Position numbers and translations under genes: made by a program. The notes under the pieces were generated by a model, which was given only the letters and a program-made list of their open reading frames with translations, was not told the DNA's origin and did not search any database. From Anaerolineae bacterium (lineage in GTDB: Bacteria; Chloroflexota; Anaerolineae; Aggregatilineales; Phototrophicaceae), in NCBI GenBank assembly GCA_034435995.1, contig DAOTWC010000081.1, forward strand, positions 12,795-76,794: DNA of 64,000 bases, read 5' to 3'. Shown here piece after piece: positions 18,404-26,523 of this stretch. Position 1 is the stretch's first letter. Every line of letters begins with the position of its first letter.

Positions 18404-19570
18404 GTGCGCGCCCGCGCGTCTGTTTACCTGCCAGCCTTGGCGGCGGCTGTCCTCACGCCGCTGTTCCTGGGCGTTGCGCCGGTTTTCGGCAAGCTGGCCA
18501 TCACCGCCGGCGCGGCTCCGTTCGGCGTGGCGGCGCTGCGCACGGCGGGTGCGGTGCTGCTGCTGTGGGCGGTGTACCTGGCGCTGTTCCGGCGCTTTAT
18601 TTACATCTACCCGGCCGGCTTGCTCGGCTGCGTCGTGATCGGCGTGGTGAACGGCATTGGCTCGCTGTTTTACTACGGCGGGCTGGGTCTGCTGGACGCC
18701 TCGCTGACGCAGCTGCTCAACGGCACGTACCTAGTGTTCGCTGTGCTGCTCACGCGCATTGGCGGCGAGCGCCTGGACCGCCGGATGCTGCTGCGCGTGG
18801 CGCTGGCGCTGGCCGCGCTGGTGCTGCTTACCGGCTTCGGCAGCAGACCGGTGGACTGGCTGGGCGTGGGCCTGATGCTGGGCAGCGCCATCACCTTCGC
18901 CGGCACGGTCATCCTCAGCCAGTACGTGCTGCTGGAGATGCCCGCGCCCACCATGACACTCTACTCGCTCAGCACAATGGCGGTGCTGGTGCTGATGGTG
19001 TGGCTGGCGGCGGGCGCGCCGGGGCTGGCCGCCGCCGCCGGCCCGGCGCTGACGCCGATCGCGCTGCTGGCGGTGACGACGGCGCTGTCGCGGCTGGCGA
19101 TGTACAGCGGCATCAAAATCCTGGGCGGCATGCAGACGGCTGTCCTGGCGGTGGCCGAGATCGGCGTGGCACTGGTGCTGGCCTTTCTACTGCTGGGCGA
19201 GCGCCTGACGGCAATGCAGGTGGTGGGCGTAGGGCTGCTTACGGCCAGCCTGCTGCTGGTGCGCGCCCGCGACCTGGCCTCGGCCCGCTTCAACCCCGGC
19301 GCGCTGTTGGTGCAGAACATGGCCGCCCAACAGTTCCAGTGGATCGCCTTTCACCGCGCTTTCGCCCGCGCCCCGCTGGACGCCGATGACGACGTGATGG
19401 CCAAAGTGACCACGCGCGAGATGCGCGCCATCCAGCGCATGATGGGCGTGGACACCGGCCCGCTCAATCCCTTCCCCATCGTCAACCCGACGGCGCACTA
19501 CAGCGTGGACCTGCGCGCTTTCCTGGACGAAACGCAGCCGCCAGACGACGAAAAACCGCCGTCGCCCTAG
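18404..19570 (+). CDS. EamA/DMT-superfamily transporter with ~90-aa soluble C-terminal tail
   Basis: GTG start 13 nt after the upstream stop, with GAGG upstream. About ten hydrophobic helices form two five-helix halves, typical of the drug/metabolite transporter (EamA) fold. The C-terminal tail is hydrophilic. Confidence 0.75.
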   Translation: MRARASVYLPALAAAVLTPLFLGVAPVFGKLAITAGAAPFGVAALRTAGAVLLLWAVYLALFRRFIYIYPAGLLGCVVIGVVNGIGSLFYYGGLGLLDASLTQLLNGTYLVFAVLLTRIGGERLDRRMLLRVALALAALVLLTGFGSRPVDWLGVGLMLGSAITFAGTVILSQYVLLEMPAPTMTLYSLSTMAVLVLMVWLAAGAPGLAAAAGPALTPIALLAVTTALSRLAMYSGIKILGGMQTAVLAVAEIGVALVLAFLLLGERLTAMQVVGVGLLTASLLLVRARDLASARFNPGALLVQNMAAQQFQWIAFHRAFARAPLDADDDVMAKVTTREMRAIQRMMGVDTGPLNPFPIVNPTAHYSVDLRAFLDETQPPDDEKPPSP

Positions 19571-19579
19571 CGCCTGCGT

Positions 19580-19585
19580 TATAAT
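19580..19585 (+). promoter_or_regulatory. Consensus -10 hexamer TATAAT placed for a leaderless transcript of the downstream ThrC-like gene
   Basis: TATAAT at 19580-19585 sits 8 nt upstream of the ATG at 19594. No Shine-Dalgarno sequence lies between them. Confidence 0.3.
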
Positions 19586-19593
19586 TCGCGGCC

Positions 19594-20685
19594 ATGAATG
19601 CGCACGCTGCATCGCCCACCCTGATCTGTGCCGACTGCGGGCAGGCCGCCGGGCCGCTGGACTGGCACTGCGACGGCCACCCGCTGGAGATCGCCGGCGC
19701 GCCGCCGTTCGACGCCGCCGCCATTGACGCGGGCGCGTGGAGCATGTGGCGCTACGCCGCCGCGCTGCCGGTGGCGCGGCGCGTCTCGCTGGGCGAGGGC
19801 CTGACGCCGCTCGTCCCAGTGCAGGCCGGCGGGATGCGCTTTCACGCCAAGCTGGAGTACCTCAACCCGACCGGCTCGTACAAGGACCGCGGCACGGCTG
19901 CGCTGCTCAGCCACATGCTGGCGCACGGCGTGGCGGCCGTCGTCGAGGACTCATCGGGCAACGCGGGCGCATCGCTGGCGGCCTACTGCGCCGCCGCTGG
20001 CGTGCGGGCGCGGGTGTACGTCCCGGCGGGCGCGCCGGCGGGCAAGAAGCGCCTGATCGAGCGCTTTGGCGCGGCGCTGGTCGAAATCCCCGGCCCGCGC
20101 GCCGCCGCCGCTGACGCCGTGCGCCAGGCCGCCCAAAACACCCCCTACGCCAGCCACGCCTGGAGTCCCTATTTCATTGCCGGGCAGATGACGTGCGCCT
20201 GGGAAATCTGGGAGCAGTTGGGGCGGCGCGCGCCGGACGCGATCGTGTGCCCAGTGGGCTACGGCGGGCTGCTGCTGGGGCTGGCGCGCGGCTTCCGCGC
20301 CCTGCTGGACGCGGGGTTGATCGAGCGACTGCCGCGCCTGTACGCGGCCCAATCAGCCGCCTGCGACCCGCTGGTGCGCGCGTGGGAGCGCGGCGGGCCG
20401 GTGGAGGCGGTCGAGCAGGGCCAGACGGTGGCCGACGGCATCGCGGTGACGCTGCCGCAGCGCGCCGCCGAGCTGCTGGCCGCGCTGCGCGACAGCGGCG
20501 GCGGCGCGCTGCGCGTCTCTGATGAGGCGGCGCTGGCGGCCCAGGCGGCGCTGGCCCGGCGCGGTCTGCTGGTGGAGCCAACCGGCGCGGTGGGCGCAGC
20601 AGCGCTGGCGGACGCCCGGCGGCTGGCCGGCGCGAACGCGGCGTTCGTTGTGCCGCTGACCGGCAGCGGACTCAAGGCGCTGTAG
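19594..20685 (+). CDS. Threonine synthase-like PLP-dependent enzyme (short form)
   Basis: N-terminal Cys-rich segment (LICADCGQAAGPLDWHCDGH). WRY...SLGEGLTPLV. PLP-lysine motif TGSYKDRG (~nt 19870-19893). SSGNAGASLAAY. Confidence 0.8.
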   Translation: MNAHAASPTLICADCGQAAGPLDWHCDGHPLEIAGAPPFDAAAIDAGAWSMWRYAAALPVARRVSLGEGLTPLVPVQAGGMRFHAKLEYLNPTGSYKDRGTAALLSHMLAHGVAAVVEDSSGNAGASLAAYCAAAGVRARVYVPAGAPAGKKRLIERFGAALVEIPGPRAAAADAVRQAAQNTPYASHAWSPYFIAGQMTCAWEIWEQLGRRAPDAIVCPVGYGGLLLGLARGFRALLDAGLIERLPRLYAAQSAACDPLVRAWERGGPVEAVEQGQTVADGIAVTLPQRAAELLAALRDSGGGALRVSDEAALAAQAALARRGLLVEPTGAVGAAALADARRLAGANAAFVVPLTGSGLKAL

Positions 20686-20768
20686 CCGGCTGACCTAACG
20701 AAAACAGCCCTTTGTGTTACAATCGCCGCTAACCGCAGAGGGCATAGGGCAAGTGGGGGGCAGTGCAG

Positions 20769-21104
20769 ATGCCCGACTATAACCTGAGCGAGAAGGAGCA
20801 CCGTCTGGCGCTGCGGGCGGCGCTGGTGATTGACGCCGTGCGCGAGGCGCTGGACGCCCTCACCGGCTTGGCGCTGCGCTACGCCGAGCGCGGCCTGGAT
20901 CAGGAGGCCGCTAAACTGCTGACGTTCGTGCTGCGCCACCCGGACGTGCGTTACGACACCTTCGACTACGCCGAAGACCTGTTTCTCGATCTCGAAGCGC
21001 GCGTGTGCCCGCGGGTGATCGAGGACGCGCGCGCGTTCGCGCTGGGCAAGTCGCTTAAGAGCGTGGCCGATTACGTCTTTGCGCTGGCCGACGACGATGA
21101 GTAG
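20769..21104 (+). CDS. Hypothetical small acidic protein
   Basis: ATG at 20769 has a GGGGGG run 8 nt upstream; GTG at 20763 is an alternative start. The composition is protein-like with no recognisable motif. Confidence 0.5.
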   Translation: MPDYNLSEKEHRLALRAALVIDAVREALDALTGLALRYAERGLDQEAAKLLTFVLRHPDVRYDTFDYAEDLFLDLEARVCPRVIEDARAFALGKSLKSVADYVFALADDDE

Positions 21105-21110
21105 CGCAGC

Positions 21111-22310
21111 TCATTCGCCTCGTTCGCCTGCGTACAGCGCCGCATAGCGCGCAGCGGCTCTCGCCCAACTGTGATCGCGCGCCACCAGCGCCGGGCCGGC
21201 CGCGCTCAACTTGGCGCGCAGCGCTGGATCGGCCAGCAGGCGGATCACCGCCGCCGCCAGCGCGCCGCCCTCCACCGGCGCGACCAGCGCGTCGCGTTCG
21301 TTTTGAACGGCGATGCCGTCCACGCTCAGCGGCGTGGCCGCCAGCGGGCAGCCCATTGCCAGCGCCTCCAGCACCTTGTTCTTGATGCCGGCCCCCAGCC
21401 GCAGCGGGCTGACAAAGACCGCCGCCCGCGCCAGGTAGGGGCGCAGGTCGTCCACGCGCCCGGTGACCGTTACGCGGTCCGAAGCCAGCGCCTGCACCTC
21501 CGGCGGCGGGTCTGCGCCCACCAGCCACAGCCGCGCATCCGGAAAGCGCGCCTGCACCTGCGGCAGCAGCGTCTGCGCCAGATAACGCGCGGCGTCGGCG
21601 TTGGGCGCGTAGGCGAAGTTGCCGGTGAACAGCAGCGCGGCTGGCTCGCGCGCGGCTGGCTGCGGCTGGAAATACGCCAAGTCTACGCCGTTGGGGATCA
21701 CCTCGACGCGCAGCGCCGGGTTGAGCGCCAGCAGCTCGGCGCGGTCCGGCGGCGAGACGACCACCGCCGCCCGGTAGGGCGCGAACATAAACGCCTCGTA
21801 GCGGCGCGCCGCCCACAACTGCGCCCAGTGAGACAGGCGCGGCTCGCGCGCGGCCAGCCGCCGCAGGTACAGGCTGTAGGACTCGTAGGGCGTGATGATG
21901 GCCGGCAGGCCGCCCAGCGCGCCAGCGTATTCATAGACCTGCACGCCGCCGAAAAAGTGCGCGACATCGTATCGGCCGGAGGCGGCGCGCGCGGCGACGC
22001 GCGCCCACATCGCCGGCGACCAGGCGTCGGCGGCGCGGCGCGGGAAACGCGCCCGCGGCAGCGCCAGCCGCCGGGCATACGCGGCGGCCGTGCGGCGCGG
22101 CTCTGGCAGCGCCTCGATCGTGCGAAAGCCAGCGCGGACGCCCGGCGCGGCCCAGTCCACGGCGGCGTCCTCAGGCCGGTCAGCGAAGGCCAGCAGGTCG
22201 AGTTCAACGCCGATCTGCGCCAGCGCGCGCGACAGATGCCAGATGATGAGCCGGTCGCCCAGGTGCAGCGGGTGCGGCGGGCAGCGCGAGACCATCAGGA
22301 CGCGGGTCAC
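21111..22310 (-). CDS. Glycosyltransferase, GT4/GT-B family
   Basis: GT-B pattern: an N-terminal RVLMVS...P..GD start and a C-terminal sugar-donor motif region (VFVSPLRLGAGIKNKVLEALAMGCPLAAT). GTGA overlap with the upstream gene at 22307-22310. Confidence 0.8.
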   Translation of the reverse strand: MTRVLMVSRCPPHPLHLGDRLIIWHLSRALAQIGVELDLLAFADRPEDAAVDWAAPGVRAGFRTIEALPEPRRTAAAYARRLALPRARFPRRAADAWSPAMWARVAARAASGRYDVAHFFGGVQVYEYAGALGGLPAIITPYESYSLYLRRLAAREPRLSHWAQLWAARRYEAFMFAPYRAAVVVSPPDRAELLALNPALRVEVIPNGVDLAYFQPQPAAREPAALLFTGNFAYAPNADAARYLAQTLLPQVQARFPDARLWLVGADPPPEVQALASDRVTVTGRVDDLRPYLARAAVFVSPLRLGAGIKNKVLEALAMGCPLAATPLSVDGIAVQNERDALVAPVEGGALAAAVIRLLADPALRAKLSAAGPALVARDHSWARAAARYAALYAGERGE

Positions 22311-23446
22311 AGCAGGCGCTCCAGCGTGCGCGTGAACTGCAGCGCGCTGGCCTGCGCGGAGAAGCGCTCCAGGACGCGCGCCCGGCCCGCCGCGCCCAGG
22401 CGCGCGCGCAGCGCCGGATCGCGCAGCAGGGTGATAACCCGTCCGGCCAGCGCGCCGGGGTCGTCCGGCGGAACAAGACAGCCGGTTACGCCATCAACGA
22501 CGGTTTCCGCCGGGCCGCCGCGGTTGGTGCTGACGACGGGCCGCGCGCAGGCCATCGCCTCAACGACGGCCATGCCGAAGCCCTCGAAGCGCGAGGCGCA
22601 CACCACGACATCGGCGGCGGCCAGCACGCGCTCGACGTCAGGGCGGAAGCCGAGGTATTTCAGCCGCCGCTGGAGCAGGCTGTCGGCCTGCGCCGCCGCC
22701 AGCACCCGCTGCTTGTAGGCGCTGTCCGCGCCGGTCTGGATGTTCTCGCCGGCGACGATAAAGCGCGCCTCCGGGATTTGCAGCGCCACCTGGCGCGCCA
22801 TCGCCTGAAACGTGTCGTGGCCCTTCACGTCCTGGAAGCGGGCCACCAGCGCCACCACTGGCGCGTCGGCGGGGATGCCTGCCTCAAAGCGGACGCGCAG
22901 GCCGTCCACGCCGGGGTGAAAGCGTTCGGTGTCCACACCGGGGTAGAGCACTTCGACGCGCTCCGGCGGCATGAACGGCGGGCTGCCCAGGAAGCCGTCC
23001 TTGATGGCCTGCGAGTGGGCGAAGGCGGCGGCGCTGCGGCGGAAGAACGCGCGCTGCCAAGGCCGCGGCCGGAACCACCAGCCCATGCACGTCCACAGCG
23101 CGGGCACGCCGGCGCGCGCGGCGGCGGGCTGGGCGAACGGCAGCGCGTGGTATTCGCTGTGCACAGCGCGGATGTCGTGGGCGCGGATCAAGCGCTCGAT
23201 GCGGCGGACAACGGGCAGGCGCGCCCACAGCGCCGGGACGAAATACACACTGGCAGCGCGCCAGGGAAACACGTGGGCCGGCCAGCCGTGCGACTGCCAG
23301 CGCGCGGCAAGCTGGCCGGGGCGCGGCGTGAGCAGGTGCAGCCGCCAGCGGGCCGGATCAAGCTGCTCGGCCAGGTTGAGCAGAGCCGTTTCGCCGCCGC
23401 CCAGGTCGGCATAGCTGGTGATGAACAGGATGCTGCGCGGACTCAT
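22307..23446 (-). CDS. Glycosyltransferase, GT4/GT-B family
   Basis: I trimmed the 484-aa ORF to the internal ATG at 23446 (MSPRSILFITSYADLGGGETALLNL). That ATG forms an ATGA overlap with the stop of the upstream PFK-like gene. The discarded N-terminal 105 aa are Arg/Ala-rich and overlap that gene. C-terminal motif: VVVCASRFEGFGMAVVEAMACARPVVSTNRGG. Confidence 0.8.
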   Translation of the reverse strand: MSPRSILFITSYADLGGGETALLNLAEQLDPARWRLHLLTPRPGQLAARWQSHGWPAHVFPWRAASVYFVPALWARLPVVRRIERLIRAHDIRAVHSEYHALPFAQPAAARAGVPALWTCMGWWFRPRPWQRAFFRRSAAAFAHSQAIKDGFLGSPPFMPPERVEVLYPGVDTERFHPGVDGLRVRFEAGIPADAPVVALVARFQDVKGHDTFQAMARQVALQIPEARFIVAGENIQTGADSAYKQRVLAAAQADSLLQRRLKYLGFRPDVERVLAAADVVVCASRFEGFGMAVVEAMACARPVVSTNRGGPAETVVDGVTGCLVPPDDPGALAGRVITLLRDPALRARLGAAGRARVLERFSAQASALQFTRTLERLL

Positions 23447-24660
23447 CACAGCTGCAGCCGCCGCGCGACCAGCGGCCCGCGCAGGCGCGCCAGCGGCGGC
23501 AGCGGCCCGCCGATCAGCGGCAGGGCGTAATCCGCAAAGGCCGGCGTGACCATGTTCCCGGCGGCGTTCATGTATTCGCGCGGCAGCAGCTTCTCGCGCC
23601 CGGCGCAGGCGTCCAGCGGCTGCGCGCCGGCGACGCAGCGGTAGGGCGCGGCGGACACGCGCTCCAGCGTGACCATGAAGCCGCTCGCGCCTGCCGCCAG
23701 CCGTTCGACGGCGGCGGCGCCCGCCAGCTCCGCCTCTGCGCGATCGGTTTCGGAGACGCACGCCGAGAACGACCGCCCAACCAGCCCCGGCCGCAGCGCC
23801 CGCGCCTGCCAGCCGAAGCGCTCGCGCGCCAGCGCCGCCAGGTGCGACGACGCCCCCGCGCCGATCGAGTGTAAGGCACGGCCCATCACGTCGCGCGCTT
23901 CAACCTGGGCCTGCCCGATGAACGCGCCGGCGGCGTCGCGGATGCCTTCCCCCACCACGACGAACACGTACCCCAGCCGGGCGTGCACCCGCGCCGCGTC
24001 GTCCAGAAACTGCGCCTCGTCGAATGGAATCTCCGGCACGTAGACCAGGTGCGGCGCGTCGTCATCCGACTCCTTGCCCAGCGCCGCAGCCGCCGCCAGC
24101 CAGCCGGCGTTGCGCCCCAACGCCTCCAGGATGAGCATATCGTCGAATGTGGCCATTGCCTCCAGGTCACGGCCGGTGTCGCGGGCGGCCAGCGCCAGGA
24201 AGCGCGCCGCGCTGCCGTAGCCAGGCGCGTGATCCGTGCCCCACAGGTCGTTGTCAATTGTCTTGGGCACGCCGGCTGCGCGCAGCGGCCAGCCGGCTGC
24301 CTGGGCCGCCGCGCTGATGCGGGCGCACACCGTCATCGAGCCGTTGCCGCCGATGTAGACGAACGCCCCTACGTCGTGGGCGCGCAGTGTGTCTACGACG
24401 CGCGCGTACTCGTCGTCTGCCAGCCGGCGGCGGCTCGAACCGAGCGCCGCCCCCGGCGTGCGCGCCAGCAGCGCGAGGTTCTCCGGCGGCTCGGCGCTGA
24501 GGTCGCGCAGCGTCTCGCTGAGCGCGCCCTCCAAGCCGTGCGCCAGGCCGTACACGCGCGCGAACCCGGCGCGCTGCGCCGCGCGGATCACGCCGGCCAG
24601 GCTGGCGTTGACCACTGCGGACGGCCCGCCGGACTGCGCTACTGCCAGCGCGCCAGTCAT
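23446..24660 (-). CDS. Phosphofructokinase-family (PfkA / PPi-PFK-like) sugar-phosphate kinase
   Basis: PFK-family motifs SGGPSAVVN, IGGNGS, PKTIDNDL and LEALGRNAGW. Start chosen at ATG 24660 (MTGALAVAQSGG). The ORF-track start at 24762 would add a 34-aa basic extension and cannot be excluded. Confidence 0.75.
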   Translation of the reverse strand: MTGALAVAQSGGPSAVVNASLAGVIRAAQRAGFARVYGLAHGLEGALSETLRDLSAEPPENLALLARTPGAALGSSRRRLADDEYARVVDTLRAHDVGAFVYIGGNGSMTVCARISAAAQAAGWPLRAAGVPKTIDNDLWGTDHAPGYGSAARFLALAARDTGRDLEAMATFDDMLILEALGRNAGWLAAAAALGKESDDDAPHLVYVPEIPFDEAQFLDDAARVHARLGYVFVVVGEGIRDAAGAFIGQAQVEARDVMGRALHSIGAGASSHLAALARERFGWQARALRPGLVGRSFSACVSETDRAEAELAGAAAVERLAAGASGFMVTLERVSAAPYRCVAGAQPLDACAGREKLLPREYMNAAGNMVTPAFADYALPLIGGPLPPLARLRGPLVARRLQL

Positions 24661-24818
24661 GTGGTTCGCGGCGTTGGCCGGCCGCCCTGCGCTGCGCTCA
24701 TCGCTGACGCCCTTTCGTTCTGCGCCCGCCCCGCGCCTGGCACGCTGGGGATAAACGGGCATGCATTCAGGGGATGTTTCTCTCTTTAAGTATATAAGGT
24801 AGCAGTCTTAGTAGGGGC

Positions 24819-25198
24819 TGTGCAAATGTCGAAAAGTCGGTAACGCGGGTTGTAATGCGGGATATTTATCCCAGGTTAGCGGCGGCTGGCGCGCCATAAC
24901 CCAGGTTTATCACCGGCAGCCGCACCGCTGTGGGATTGTGTGGGAAAAAAGTTATGCACAGGCCGTGTTGATAACTGGCGGGCGTTTTGCACAGCTTCGA
25001 CAGGCCTCCATGCCGAGGTGTGCAAAAGGGGCTGTCTGCGCTGTATTTGGGTTAAGTTATGAACAGTTTTCGACAGGCTGCGCACAGGTTTTGCACAGGC
25101 TGTCTACAGGTGTTTTGGGATAACCGGCTGGAATCGCTGCGATACTGGGGATATATCGCAGAAAATTTGTTCTTTATCCCAAGGTCGCTTTGGGATAA
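24819..25198. promoter_or_regulatory. Cluster of DnaA-box-like 9-mers in an AT-richer non-coding region (candidate oriC or DnaA-binding regulatory region)
   Basis: Scored against TTATCCACA. One mismatch: TTATGCACA 24952-24960 (+) and TTATCAACA 24966-24974 (-). Two mismatches: TTTCCCACA 24939-24947 (-); TTTTGCACA 24985-24993 (+), 25019-25027 (-) and 25089-25097 (+); TTATGAACA 25057-25065 (+); TTATCCCAA 25115-25123 (-), 25174-25182 (+) and 25190-25198 (-). An AT-rich stretch lies at 24781-24815. The region sits between divergently transcribed gene blocks. Confidence 0.4.
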
Positions 25199-25310
25199 CG
25201 GCGCGCGAGGGCTGCCATTCAAAATCGCAGTATGCGCTGCGAGTTGCCAGCGGCGCGCGCGGGGGATATGGTAGAAGCAGCAGATACAGCCAGCGGGAGA
25301 GGGGGCGAAC

Positions 25311-26294
25311 ATGTTCACCACAGAAGACGAACGGGTGCGCGCGGCGGCCTTCGCTATCACGGCGCGCTTCGAGGGCGGCGCTTACGACGCCTACCAGAAC
25401 CACGACCGGGGCATCGTCAGCTACGGGCGCTTCCAGTTCACGCTGGCGGCGGGCACGCTGGGCACGGTCGTCACGCGCTACTTGCAGCGGTCGCAGTCGG
25501 CGGCGGCAGAGCGGCTGCGCCCGTATCAGGCGCGCATCCTTAACCGCGACCCGACGCTGCGCGGCGACGGCGAGCTGCGGGCGGCGCTGGTGGCAGCCGC
25601 GCGCGAGCCGGCTATGCAGCAGGTGCAGGACGAGCTGGCGACCGAGGCCTACTGGGATCGCACACACCAGATCGCCATCGCGCCACGCGGCATCCGCCTG
25701 CCGCTGAGCCGGGCGCTGCTGTTCGACGTGAGCATCAACTTCGGCGTGGGCGATGGCTTCCTGCGCATGGCCGAGCGCGACTTCGGCGTGGCGCAGCGCT
25801 CGCGGCTGGGCGACAACGGCCTCAGCGAGGAGCAGCTCATCCGCCGCGTGACCGAGCTGCGCAAACGCTCGCACGACCGCCAGGCCGAGCGCGACCGGCT
25901 GCCCGGCCTAAGTGTGCGCGGCGATTTCTGGGTGGCGCGCGTGGCGGCCGGCGACTGGCAGCTTCAGGGCGACGCCAACGGCAATGTCAACGTCAACGGC
26001 GCGCTGGTGCAGGTGCGCAATCCGCTCAGCGCTGGCGCAGCGCCGCCCCCGCCCGGCCCGCTGCGCATCACGCCGGCGGGCGGCCCGGTCAACCTGCGCG
26101 ACCAGCCCACCACTGTCGGCAGCGCTGTGCGCGCCCTCGTGCGCCCCGGCGACGTGCTGACGGTGATCGAGGACCCCGATGCGGCGCGGCCGAAGATCGG
26201 CAGCACGGCCAGCCAGCAGTGGGTAGCCGTGCGCACCGCCGACGGCGTCACCGGCTTCACCGCTGCCTGGCTCTACCGGGTGCACGAAGACTGA
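25311..26294 (+). CDS. Lysozyme-like / GH46 (chitosanase)-superfamily domain protein with C-terminal SH3b domain, no signal peptide
   Basis: GGGAGAGGGGG lies upstream of the ATG. The N-terminal domain has the pattern FEGG..DAYQN.D.GIVSYGRFQFTLAAGTLG, which resembles GH46-like lytic domains. The C-terminal ~70 aa match the SH3b pattern (VNLRDQPTTVGSAVRALVRPGDVLTVIE...WVAVRTADGVTGFTAAWL). Confidence 0.65.
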   Translation: MFTTEDERVRAAAFAITARFEGGAYDAYQNHDRGIVSYGRFQFTLAAGTLGTVVTRYLQRSQSAAAERLRPYQARILNRDPTLRGDGELRAALVAAAREPAMQQVQDELATEAYWDRTHQIAIAPRGIRLPLSRALLFDVSINFGVGDGFLRMAERDFGVAQRSRLGDNGLSEEQLIRRVTELRKRSHDRQAERDRLPGLSVRGDFWVARVAAGDWQLQGDANGNVNVNGALVQVRNPLSAGAAPPPPGPLRITPAGGPVNLRDQPTTVGSAVRALVRPGDVLTVIEDPDAARPKIGSTASQQWVAVRTADGVTGFTAAWLYRVHED

Positions 26295-26523
26295 TTAACG
26301 GCCGCGCATTTCGAATCTAACGCCGCCGGCGGATCTGTAAGCATCTTGCAAGGTAAGCCAGCCTAGAATTCTTACAAATTACGCAATTTCTCAATGCAGC
26401 GCTGCGGGCACTTGGCTGCTTCCGGGCGCTTGCCGCGTGATGCATATTGTCTCAACAGCGCAGCCAATCATGTCACGAACCCCACCACCACGGCAGGTGC
26501 TGGGGACAGCGGGGAGAACAAAG

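Noticed and set aside
21171-22718. 515-aa plus-strand ORF across the glycosyltransferase genes.
   Set aside because: It is antisense to two genes with clear GT-B motifs, and its translation is Arg/Gln/Gly-rich without motifs.
23447-23761. The N-terminal 105-aa extension of the glycosyltransferase ORF 22307-23761.
   Set aside because: It is an extremely Arg/Ala-rich translation that overlaps the 3' end of the PFK-like gene. An internal ATG at 23446 gives a canonical GT4 N-terminus and an ATGA coupling.
24876-25360. Small ORFs in the AT-richer gap (24876-25085 minus, 24938-25123 plus, 25059-25274 plus, 25052-25360 minus).
   Set aside because: They have no RBS and odd Cys/Arg/Phe-rich composition, overlap each other, and coincide with the repeated 9-mer motifs. 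The region is better explained as non-coding regulatory or origin-like DNA.
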